The translations under genes and the position numbers were made by a program. The notes beneath the pieces are model-generated. The model was not told the origin of the DNA. It searched no databases and saw nothing but the letters and a program-made list of their open reading frames with translations. DNA of 64,000 nt, from positions 26,470 through 90,469 of IMG/VR virus record IMGVR_UViG_3300033145_000767; one strand, written 5' to 3'. Origin of the DNA: a virus. Positions 18,360 to 26,676 of the stretch are shown in pieces. Position 1 is the first letter of the stretch; every line of letters starts with the position of its first letter.

Positions 18360-19066
18360 GTCAAAAGAAACACTATAATATAGGTAGAAAAAACCCAAAT
18401 TGGGGAAGTAAAAGTTTTACCCCAAGTACTATACAAAAATTTAAGAAGTTAAGTTGTAAAGAAAATCATTCACGATGGAAAAAAATACCTAAAAAAATAA
18501 TAGAAGGTTTATATTTAAACCAAAAGCGGTCTATTGCAGAGATAGCTAAAATTCTTAAGTGTAGTACAACTGCTATTTACAATAAGTTACTCTATTATAA
18601 AATTAAGAGAAGAACACAATCAGAGGCTATGAAAGAAAAATTCTTGGGTAGAAAACTATCAAAAGAACATAAAGAAAAAATTAGTAAAAGTAGAATTAAG
18701 AAGAAATCAGCAAGAGGTAAGCATAACCCAATGTTTGGTAAAAAGCATAGCACAAAAACTAGAAGTAAAATGAGTATAATAGCAGGCGGCTCTGGCATAC
18801 CTTATGAAGATAAACAGTATACTTACTATTTTTATAGTATTCGTGATAAAATAAGAAAAGGGGATAAAAATATTTGTCAGTTATGTAAAAAAATTAAACT
18901 AAAGAATGGGAATAATTTAGATGTTCACCATATTGACTACAATAAGAATAATAATAAATTTATTAACTTAATTAGTTTATGTAAAAAGTGCCATCTTAAA
19001 ACAAATAGAAATAGAGAACTTTGGAAGGAAGTGTTTTTACCATGTCGCAACACAATAATTCTTTAG
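18356..19066 (+). CDS. HNH endonuclease with HTH and NUMOD3 repeats
   Basis: SKEHKEKIS, HNPMFGKKHS, CQLC...LDVHHIDYNKNNN...NLISLCKKCH. Confidence 0.85.
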   Translation: MSQKKHYNIGRKNPNWGSKSFTPSTIQKFKKLSCKENHSRWKKIPKKIIEGLYLNQKRSIAEIAKILKCSTTAIYNKLLYYKIKRRTQSEAMKEKFLGRKLSKEHKEKISKSRIKKKSARGKHNPMFGKKHSTKTRSKMSIIAGGSGIPYEDKQYTYYFYSIRDKIRKGDKNICQLCKKIKLKNGNNLDVHHIDYNKNNNKFINLISLCKKCHLKTNRNRELWKEVFLPCRNTIIL

Positions 19067-19377
19067 AGTTGGCTATAGCAGAAGAACTTAAGTCTAGGGG
19101 TTTAGACATATATGCAAGACCTACAAAGGCTAGTGGGGCTAGTACAGAGTTGGGGGATGTAGAGAATAAATTGCTCATGGTTGAAGCAAAGCAACAGCTT
19201 ACAAAGAAACACCTTACTATAAACAGTAATGTATTCCTAGAAAATGAAGCTTTGTTGCCATACAATTCCAAGAAAATAGCAATTATGGCTTTAGAGAATA
19301 AAACCCTAGGAAAGTTAATTGCCTTACGCATGAATGACTTTTTTGACCTTTTAGAAAGAGCAGAAAAAAATGATTAG
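19042..19377 (+). CDS. Holliday junction resolvase, Hjc-like PD-(D/E)XK
   Basis: LELAIA, ASGA...GDV...MVEAK; start moved to ATG 19042. Confidence 0.75.
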   Translation: MSQHNNSLELAIAEELKSRGLDIYARPTKASGASTELGDVENKLLMVEAKQQLTKKHLTINSNVFLENEALLPYNSKKIAIMALENKTLGKLIALRMNDFFDLLERAEKND

Positions 19378-19765
19378 CGAGAAGACAAAATACAACAAGC
19401 TATATTATAAGAAAAATAAAGCTAGAGAATTAGAGCGGGCTAAAAAATGGGCAGTAGATAATAGAGATAAAAGAAGAGCAAGCCTTAAAAAATACTATAG
19501 GGAGAACCCATGGATGAATGCTTATAGAGGAGCAAAGGCTAGGTGCAATAACCAAAATAACAATAGATATAACTCTTATGGTAAGAGGGGTATAAAGTTT
19601 TTATTAACCAAGGAAGAACTAAAGAAGTTATGGTTTAGAGATAAAGCATTTAATATGATTAAGCCTTCTATAGACCGTATTAATAATGATGGGAATTATG
19701 AGTTTAATAATTGTAGATTTATTGAATTAAAGGCTAATTTATTAAAAAGGCATAGTAAGATATAG
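19370..19765 (+). CDS. HNH-like endonuclease without NUMOD1; copy 4 of 5
   Basis: NPW...AKARC...YGKRGI...SIDRINNDGNY...NCRF. Confidence 0.8.
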   Translation: MISEKTKYNKLYYKKNKARELERAKKWAVDNRDKRRASLKKYYRENPWMNAYRGAKARCNNQNNNRYNSYGKRGIKFLLTKEELKKLWFRDKAFNMIKPSIDRINNDGNYEFNNCRFIELKANLLKRHSKI

Positions 19766-19774
19766 GTTATGTAT

Positions 19775-19892
19775 AAAATAGCCTTAAAAGTGCTTTGAGA
19801 ACAAGATTTTAGGTAAACTAATAGTACTTAGATTAGGCGATTTCTTCGATATACTAGAAAAAGCTATAAAAGGTGGTAATAATGATAGGTAA
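19775..19892 (+). pseudogene. Orphan duplicate of the Hjc-like resolvase C-terminus
   Basis: 19797-19865 reads ENKILGKLIVLRLGDFFDILEKA versus ENKTLGKLIALRMNDFFDLLERA at 19294-19362 (17/23 identical). Confidence 0.8.
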
Positions 19893-20319
19893 AATAGTAT
19901 TTTTATTTGTATTAGCTTATCTTCATGCCTTATGGGAAACAGAGATTGAAGGCAAAGATGGTTGGGCTAAGAATCTTCCTACATGGCGTATATCAAATCC
20001 CTATAAGAAAACATTTAATGGTAAAGATATAACAGGTTATCATACATTTATGGTATTAATATTTACTTTATTCTTCCATAGCTACTTTCTTTATAACTCT
20101 TGGAGCTTTGGTAGAGAATTAATATGCATAGGTACAATGTTAATCTATCTCATAGTAGAAGATTTTTTATGGTTTATTGTAAACCCATACTATGAAACAA
20201 AGAAATTCTTTGAAAAAAAAGTTAGATGGCATAAGAAATGGTTTTTATACTTACCTATAGATTATTGGGCAATGATAATTATTGGTTCATATTTAATTTT
20301 AATAGGGAGTAAAATATGA
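19873..20319 (+). CDS. Hypothetical membrane protein
   Basis: About four TM segments; EIEGKDGWAKNLPTW, TGYH, EDFLWFIVNP. Confidence 0.6.
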   Translation: MVIMIGKIVFLFVLAYLHALWETEIEGKDGWAKNLPTWRISNPYKKTFNGKDITGYHTFMVLIFTLFFHSYFLYNSWSFGRELICIGTMLIYLIVEDFLWFIVNPYYETKKFFEKKVRWHKKWFLYLPIDYWAMIIIGSYLILIGSKI

Positions 20320-20561
20320 TAAGAGGCTTTATATTAACAGGGCATCCCTGCCAATACAAATATTATATTAAACTTCAGAAACTTAAGAGTAAAGAGTTTC
20401 CTGAACTGAAAAGTATTAAACAACTTAGGGATAACCCTCAAGCAATATTAATAGAAGTAGGTACTTATTGGTTACACCCCATATATGAAAGGGTACAGAC
20501 ATGGCAAAGAAAAGAAAATCTAAAGAACCAGAAGTGGTTGAACAGGGTAAAGAGAAACTAG
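20316..20561 (+). CDS. Hypothetical protein
   Basis: ORF track. Confidence 0.4.
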   Translation: MIRGFILTGHPCQYKYYIKLQKLKSKEFPELKSIKQLRDNPQAILIEVGTYWLHPIYERVQTWQRKENLKNQKWLNRVKRN

Positions 20562-21481
20562 CTAAGTTAGCAATTAGGGGACTAAATAAAAAATTTGGTT
20601 ATGAAGCTTTAAAACCTGCCTCAGAAGAAAAAGAAAGAGAAAGAATACCTTTTGATTTAGATATTCTAAATGAATTGACAGGTGGGGGTATACCCCTTGG
20701 TATGTTTAGTATTTTATGGGGGAATAAGTCCTGTGGTAAAACTACTCATACTTATGGGCTAATAGCAAGGGCACAGAAAATGGGTAAGTTGTGTGCTTTT
20801 TTTGACTTAGAACATTCTTTTGATACACATTGGGCTAAGAAATTTGGTGTGGATATAGATAAATTATTGATAGGGCATTTTGATACTGCTGAACAAGCTA
20901 TGGATACATTTATAGAATTAGCAGATAAGAAAGCTATAGACTTTGTAGTACTTGATAGTGTTCAATCTTTAAGCCCTGAGGGGGAACAACATAAAAAGAA
21001 GAGTGAAAAGATTAAATCTACAAGTGATGATACAATGGCTCTATTAGCTAGAAAGCTATCACAGTTCTTTAGAATGAGTGGTAATAGGGCATATAAGGCT
21101 AATGTAGGTTTACTTCTTATAGGTCAAGCTAGAGTAGACCTAAGTGGTTTTATACCAATGCAGAAAATAAGTGGTGGTAATGCTTTAGAACATTGGTCTT
21201 CTTTAATTTTACATATAAGAAGGGGTACTAAAGCTAATGCCCCTAGATATAAATTTAATAATGAAGAAGGTAAAAAAAGAGAAATAATTATAGGGTTTGA
21301 TACATGTGTTGTTTTAGATAAAAAGAAACTACCTTTTTGTGCCCCTGAAAAAACAGAAGTTCACTTCCCATTCTTTGAGTCAGCTGGCTGGAATGAACCA
21401 ACAAGGGAACAGATAGAGGAATGCTACGGAGATTGGATAGAATTTGAAAAGGAGGCTGAATCTGATGAAGATAGCGATTAA
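20501..21481 (+). CDS. recA: RecA/UvsX-like recombinase
   Basis: GGGIPLG, GNKSCGKT, FDLEH, VVLDSV, LLARKLSQ, SGGNALEH. Confidence 0.9.
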   Translation: MAKKRKSKEPEVVEQGKEKLAKLAIRGLNKKFGYEALKPASEEKERERIPFDLDILNELTGGGIPLGMFSILWGNKSCGKTTHTYGLIARAQKMGKLCAFFDLEHSFDTHWAKKFGVDIDKLLIGHFDTAEQAMDTFIELADKKAIDFVVLDSVQSLSPEGEQHKKKSEKIKSTSDDTMALLARKLSQFFRMSGNRAYKANVGLLLIGQARVDLSGFIPMQKISGGNALEHWSSLILHIRRGTKANAPRYKFNNEEGKKREIIIGFDTCVVLDKKKLPFCAPEKTEVHFPFFESAGWNEPTREQIEECYGDWIEFEKEAESDEDSD

Positions 21482-22076
21482 ATCCTTAGAAAAAAAGCTA
21501 GGTAAAAAACTAAAAAGAAATCTTACAGTTCTTGGGATAGATTCAGCAAGTACAGCAGGTATGGCTTTATTAAAAGTAAATAGTAGAAGTATAGATTTTA
21601 CAACCCAGAAACTAAAATTTGGTACACATAAAAAAGGTACACCAATTAATAGTAAATTAGATACTGGGATTAAAGCAATTCAAGAATATATTGCTTTTAA
21701 CATACACAAACCAATGGATTTAATTGTCATTGAAAATGCTTATTTAAACTTAAATAAGTATACTTATGGTTTACTTAGAATGTTATCAGGTATATTTTAC
21801 TGTGAGTTTTCAGAGTATTCTAAGGATATTGTATTTTATTATCCTACTGAACATAGAAAGATTACAGGTTTTGATTCTAAAAAAATGAAGGGGGATGCAT
21901 TAAAGAAATTAGTTGTAACTTGGGTTGAATACCTGGGGTTTGGTAAACTATCGCATGATGAAGCAGATGCAATAATGTTAGCTTTAGCAGGCTTAGTTAT
22001 ACAACCCCCTGTGCAACAAGCACTTGAGAAGAAAAAGAAAGTAAAAGCAAAGAAAAAAAGAATTAAAAAAGCTTAG
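21465..22076 (+). CDS. RuvC-like Holliday junction resolvase
   Basis: VLGIDS, IVIEN, YPTEHRK, HDEADA; start moved to ATG 21465. Confidence 0.8.
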   Translation: MKIAIKSLEKKLGKKLKRNLTVLGIDSASTAGMALLKVNSRSIDFTTQKLKFGTHKKGTPINSKLDTGIKAIQEYIAFNIHKPMDLIVIENAYLNLNKYTYGLLRMLSGIFYCEFSEYSKDIVFYYPTEHRKITGFDSKKMKGDALKKLVVTWVEYLGFGKLSHDEADAIMLALAGLVIQPPVQQALEKKKKVKAKKKRIKKA

Positions 22077-22090
22077 TTTTTTCATACTTT

Positions 22091-22104
22091 ATGGTATACT
22101 TATA
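22091..22104 (+). promoter_or_regulatory. Extended -10 promoter (TGgTATACT)
   Basis: ATGGTATACTTATA is also present at 34780-34793; both are intergenic. Confidence 0.55.
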
Positions 22105-22125
22105 TTGAAGGGTAGGTGTTAATTA

Positions 22126-23085
22126 ATGAAAGATTTACGAAGGTATATTGCTGTAGTTTTGTTACTAACTGTTGTGGGGCTAAACTCTTATGGTATAAAC
22201 AAAAATACTGCACATGCTAATTCAAATGCAAGAGCTACAATTTCATTATCTGGGGGTGTTATTATATTAGCCGATTCTTTTTCTTATTTTATAAAAAATT
22301 ATATTAAAACTAGAGATTCATCTAATAGTGGGATGAAAGAACTAGCCCATAGAGAGCTTGAAAATCATGTAAATATCGCTAGAAATAAAGGAAGTATAAA
22401 AAGCAATAAAATAACAGCCATGATTAATAAAGCTTTTATAATACACAATGAGATTGAAATAGAAAATATAAACAAAAAACCTTCATACAAGTATCTTAAA
22501 TCAGTAACAGTATTTGTAGAGGGGTTACAGCTAGTTTTTAAAACAGAAGACACACCATTTGATGTAAAAAGATGGTCGGGAACAGGTGTAGTAGTTAAGA
22601 TAGATAATAAAAACACCTATATATTAACTAATAAGCATGTAGCTGGTGGTTATAGAGATGGGCATAAAGAAATCTATATTGCAACTGCAAATAGAAAGTA
22701 TACATGTGAAATAGTAAAATTACATAAATCACAGGATTTAGCGTTATTAAAAATAAACGCTGTTTTAAAAGGCAAAGAGGTTGTTAAGGGTTATAATACA
22801 CCTGCTATTACTGAACAGGTATTTACAGTAGGTCATTCTTTAGCCAGACCTTTCATGTATGGTGAAGGTATATTTGCAGGAACAACAATAGAGCATGATG
22901 TTTACCAGTTGCCTACAATCGGAGGTCAATCTGGGAGTGGGGTGTTCAATAAAAATGGTGAATTACTTGGGTTACTATATAGTATATCTGGTACACGAAA
23001 TGGCTTTGGTGTACAATGGGATTTTACTAGGGGTAATGTAGTTAAAAGCGTATATGTTAGAGAATTTTTAGAGGAGAATCTATAA
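22126..23085 (+). CDS. Trypsin-like serine protease with N-terminal signal or TM segment
   Basis: SGTG, LTNKHV, DLALL, GGQSGSG catalytic triad motifs. Confidence 0.9.
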   Translation: MKDLRRYIAVVLLLTVVGLNSYGINKNTAHANSNARATISLSGGVIILADSFSYFIKNYIKTRDSSNSGMKELAHRELENHVNIARNKGSIKSNKITAMINKAFIIHNEIEIENINKKPSYKYLKSVTVFVEGLQLVFKTEDTPFDVKRWSGTGVVVKIDNKNTYILTNKHVAGGYRDGHKEIYIATANRKYTCEIVKLHKSQDLALLKINAVLKGKEVVKGYNTPAITEQVFTVGHSLARPFMYGEGIFAGTTIEHDVYQLPTIGGQSGSGVFNKNGELLGLLYSISGTRNGFGVQWDFTRGNVVKSVYVREFLEENL

Positions 23086-23360
23086 TGAGTGAAATAAATA
23101 AATATAAGAAATGTAAATCAAAGAAGTGTAATAATAAAGTCCATGTTATGCATCCATCAGGGATATGTGCTTTTTGCCCTGTAAAACCATATTGGCAAGA
23201 AGAATTTGAAGATAAAATACAGTTTAGTAATTGGGGTGATTTAGATTTTTTAAGCACTGATTATAACATAGAAAGACTATGTGAAAAATTTATCGGAGAA
23301 GCTAAACAAAAAGTTAAAGTTAAATGTAAAGGTGGAATGATACAGATAGAGAGAATATAA
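23085..23360 (+). CDS. Hypothetical Cys-rich protein
   Basis: GAGGAG RBS, CxxxxC...CxxC. Confidence 0.5.
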   Translation: MSEINKYKKCKSKKCNNKVHVMHPSGICAFCPVKPYWQEEFEDKIQFSNWGDLDFLSTDYNIERLCEKFIGEAKQKVKVKCKGGMIQIERI

Positions 23361-25093
23361 TGGGATTATTTGATGCTATAAAGAAAAAGGAAGCTTTAGC
23401 AAATGGTATACTAAATAACATAGATGAAGTAGATTTTGTTGGGGGTAGAATAACCCTTGATATTGAAACTAATTCTCTTCAAGATAATGCAAAAATACTG
23501 GGGGTTGGTTTAAGAACAAATGACAAAAGTTATTTTGTACCTTTTGAAAGAATAATAGTTGATAAGTTAAGCAAGTTACTTATGAAAGCTGACCCTCTTA
23601 TTCTTCATAATGCTATCTTTGATTTAAACTTATTAAAAATAAATGGGGTAAACTTTACAGAAAATGTATTTTGTACTCAAGTAGCCTCATGGCTAGAAGA
23701 CGAAAATCAATCTCATAAATTAGTAGATTTAACCTTCGTTAAATTTGGGGAAGAGATTACAGAATATAAAGAATTTAGTAACCCTGATTTAATACAATTA
23801 GCTATACATTGTAAAAAGCAAATACCTGCAACAGAAATGTTGTATGATTACTATATGGAAAATCTAGATATACCTATGGATTTGATAAATCTAGAAATGA
23901 AGATTACTCCTATATTGTTACATATGCAGAGGGAAGGGCTATATATAGATGTTGATAAGCTCCTTGACTTAAAAAAAGAATATAAAGTAGAGGTAAAAAA
24001 GCTAGAAAAAGAAGTATTAGCCTTAATGCCTAGTAAAGTAGATATAATGTCCCCAAAGCAACTAAGTAATATGCTCTTTAATATTATGGGGTTTAGACCC
24101 GAGGGGGAGTTAAATAAGGCCGGTTACTATTCAACGGCTAAAGAAGTTCTTAAGAAGTTAGGATTAAAGCATGCAGTAGCAAAGAAGATTTTAGAATTTA
24201 GGGAAAAGATTAAAACTCAAAATACTTATATAGACCCCCTGCTTATTAAAAGATGGGCAGATGGTAAGGTACACACCCATTTTAAGCCTACAGGCACTAG
24301 GGTGGGTAGACTTTCTTCTAAGAACCCTAATGTTCAACAGGTTACAAATAAAGAGCCTAGAATTAGAAAGATATTTAAAGCCCCAAGGGGGTATAAGTTA
24401 TTGATTGCTGATTATAGCCAAATGCATTTAAGGATATTGGCTCACTTTTCACAAGAACCAAAAATGCTTAAAATATTTAATGACCCCAAAGGGGACATTC
24501 ACCAAACTACTGCTGACTTAGTAGGTGTTTCAAGGGATGAAGCAAAGATAGTAAACTTTGGTATACTATATGGATTTTCAGCCGGGAGTTTATCAGAGTT
24601 TTTGAAAGTACCTTATAAAAAAGGTAAGCAAATAATGAAAGAGTATAAAGAAACATATAAGTGTGTGTTTCAGTTTATGGCCCAGGTTATACAGTTCTTT
24701 AAAGCTAATGGTTATGTATATACGCTTCTAGGGAGAAAAAGAAGGTTAATATATGATAGTAGCTTTTCAGAAGGTAAGAAAGGTTATCTAGAAAGGGAAG
24801 CTTTTAACTCAGTAGTTATTGGTAGTGAAGCTGATATAATGAAGACAGGCATGGTTAATGTATATGAATTAACTAAACAATATGGCTTTAGTATGGTTAA
24901 TCAGGTACATGATGAATTAGTGTTACAAATTAAAGAAGAAGATATAACAAAAGAACTGCTATTAAAGGTGCAAGAAGCTTTAGATTATGATTTAGGTTCT
25001 GTTGTAGTTAATAGTGAAATTATAATAGCTGACAACTGGGGAGAGAAAAAGACAGGCGAAAAGTTTGATATAGAAAGCTATGAAGGGATATAA
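23360..25093 (+). CDS. polA: Family A DNA polymerase (3'-5' exo and polymerase domains) with atypical active-site residues
   Basis: LDIET, HNAIFD, GRLSSKNPNVQ, ADYSQMHLR, RDEAKIVNFGILYG, QVHDEL. Confidence 0.95.
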   Translation: MGLFDAIKKKEALANGILNNIDEVDFVGGRITLDIETNSLQDNAKILGVGLRTNDKSYFVPFERIIVDKLSKLLMKADPLILHNAIFDLNLLKINGVNFTENVFCTQVASWLEDENQSHKLVDLTFVKFGEEITEYKEFSNPDLIQLAIHCKKQIPATEMLYDYYMENLDIPMDLINLEMKITPILLHMQREGLYIDVDKLLDLKKEYKVEVKKLEKEVLALMPSKVDIMSPKQLSNMLFNIMGFRPEGELNKAGYYSTAKEVLKKLGLKHAVAKKILEFREKIKTQNTYIDPLLIKRWADGKVHTHFKPTGTRVGRLSSKNPNVQQVTNKEPRIRKIFKAPRGYKLLIADYSQMHLRILAHFSQEPKMLKIFNDPKGDIHQTTADLVGVSRDEAKIVNFGILYGFSAGSLSEFLKVPYKKGKQIMKEYKETYKCVFQFMAQVIQFFKANGYVYTLLGRKRRLIYDSSFSEGKKGYLEREAFNSVVIGSEADIMKTGMVNVYELTKQYGFSMVNQVHDELVLQIKEEDITKELLLKVQEALDYDLGSVVVNSEIIIADNWGEKKTGEKFDIESYEGI

Positions 25094-25126
25094 TGAGTAA
25101 AAAAGGTGAAAAACACTATATGAAAA

Positions 25127-25441
25127 ATGATTAAGTGGCTACCAATTACAATAATATATTACATAATTCACTCAGTAATCTCTTACAAAGTAAATATTGT
25201 AGGGGGTTGGAAGTGGGGGGCAATATGTTATGCTCTAGGTTTCATACCCCTGTGGTTATGGGTGTGCATGGTGTCAGATAACCTATTAAGAGATGGGTTA
25301 ATATTTGATACAGTATTAGTTGTTACATGTGCTTTAACATATGCTTATTTGGGTTATGGTAGTAAGTTTACAGTACTTCAATGGGTAGGTGTAGCAGTAG
25401 CAGTAATAGGGTTTTTAATCATTCAACTAGGGGGTAAATAA
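25127..25441 (+). CDS. Four-TM SMR/EamA-like small membrane protein
   Basis: Four TM segments; FTVLQWVGVAVAVIG resembles a DMT terminal helix. Confidence 0.55.
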   Translation: MIKWLPITIIYYIIHSVISYKVNIVGGWKWGAICYALGFIPLWLWVCMVSDNLLRDGLIFDTVLVVTCALTYAYLGYGSKFTVLQWVGVAVAVIGFLIIQLGGK

Positions 25442-25851
25442 TGTATACTGAAATGTACGCTAAGCTAGCTTTAGCATTATGCATTGGTTATTTACTTGGC
25501 ATTGATAGGGGAAGGTTTCAGAAACCTGCAGGACTTAGAGACCTTATATTCGTAACACTATCGGGGTGCTTATGCTCACTATTAGGGCTAGAACTACTAA
25601 AAATGGGTATGCCAAATGTAGATATGTCAAGAGTTTTATACGCCCCAATTATAGGGCTAGGGTTTTTAGGTAGTGGGGTTATTATACAATATAAACAAAA
25701 CATAGAAGGTATCACAACAGCTAGTCTTTTATTATTATCAGTAATTCTAGGGCTACTTTGTGGCATAGGCTCATATGAAATAGTCTGTGTAGCAACTTTA
25801 GTATCTTATATAGTTTTAAAAGGAAAGTTTGTGGAAGGGGTGAAAAAGTAA
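25441..25851 (+). CDS. MgtC/SapB family membrane protein
   Basis: LGIDR...KPAGLR, IGLGFLGSGVI, EGITTAS. Confidence 0.9.
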   Translation: MYTEMYAKLALALCIGYLLGIDRGRFQKPAGLRDLIFVTLSGCLCSLLGLELLKMGMPNVDMSRVLYAPIIGLGFLGSGVIIQYKQNIEGITTASLLLLSVILGLLCGIGSYEIVCVATLVSYIVLKGKFVEGVKK

Positions 25852-26399
25852 TGAGATTTTATTTTACTGCGGATTGCCATTTTAATCATGGGAATGTAAT
25901 TAAGTATTGTGGGAGACCATTCTCAGATTATACCGAGATGAACGAAACTATAATCAGGAATTGGAACTCAATAGTTAAGCCTGAAGACACAGTATTTCAT
26001 ATTGGGGATTTCATCTTCTATAGAGGTAAGGAGTGTCCTGAAGGGGAGGATAAGGCAAAGACAATACAGGATAGGCTAAATGGTACAATTATACATATAG
26101 AAGGTAATCACGATAAGAATAATACTGTTAAAGCAATTATACGAAGTTGTGTAATAAAGCTTGGTGGAAAATCTTTATTTCTAGTACATAACCCTAGCTA
26201 TTCAAATAAGAAATACCCTATCAATCTAGTAGGTCATGTGCATGAAAAGTGGCTAGTTAGAGAGAATGGTAATAATTCAGTATGCATAAATGTAGGGGTA
26301 GACCAGCATAACTTTCGACCTATTGACATAAACACTATTTTAAACATATACTATAAGTTTATAAAGGCAAAAGATGAAACACACAAATCTATACTTTAA
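25851..26399 (+). CDS. Calcineurin-like metallophosphoesterase
   Basis: ADCHFNH, HIGD, GNHD, GHVH, NVGVD. Confidence 0.9.
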   Translation: MRFYFTADCHFNHGNVIKYCGRPFSDYTEMNETIIRNWNSIVKPEDTVFHIGDFIFYRGKECPEGEDKAKTIQDRLNGTIIHIEGNHDKNNTVKAIIRSCVIKLGGKSLFLVHNPSYSNKKYPINLVGHVHEKWLVRENGNNSVCINVGVDQHNFRPIDINTILNIYYKFIKAKDETHKSIL

Positions 26400-26676
26400 T
26401 AAAAAAGTTAGAAAAACTTGGGCTGTCAACCCAGTTGAAAAAGTTAAGAGAAGTAAAAAGAAATACAATAGACAAACAGCTAAGAAAGAGCTAAGGAGAA
26501 TTAAAAATGATAGTCTATAATGTAACAATAGAGTATGTGGTGGATGGTGAAAAAATTTATGAAAATAAAACAATGAAAAGAAATGAAGAAATGGATGTAA
26601 TTAATGACCTTTATTATGAATACCCAGAAGAGGATTATGAACAATTTAGAATACTATCTATAGAAAGAATATTATA

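Noticed and set aside
23360-25093. PolA as a pseudogene
   Set aside because: The ORF is full length, coupled to neighbours and retains the catalytic aspartates and motif B.
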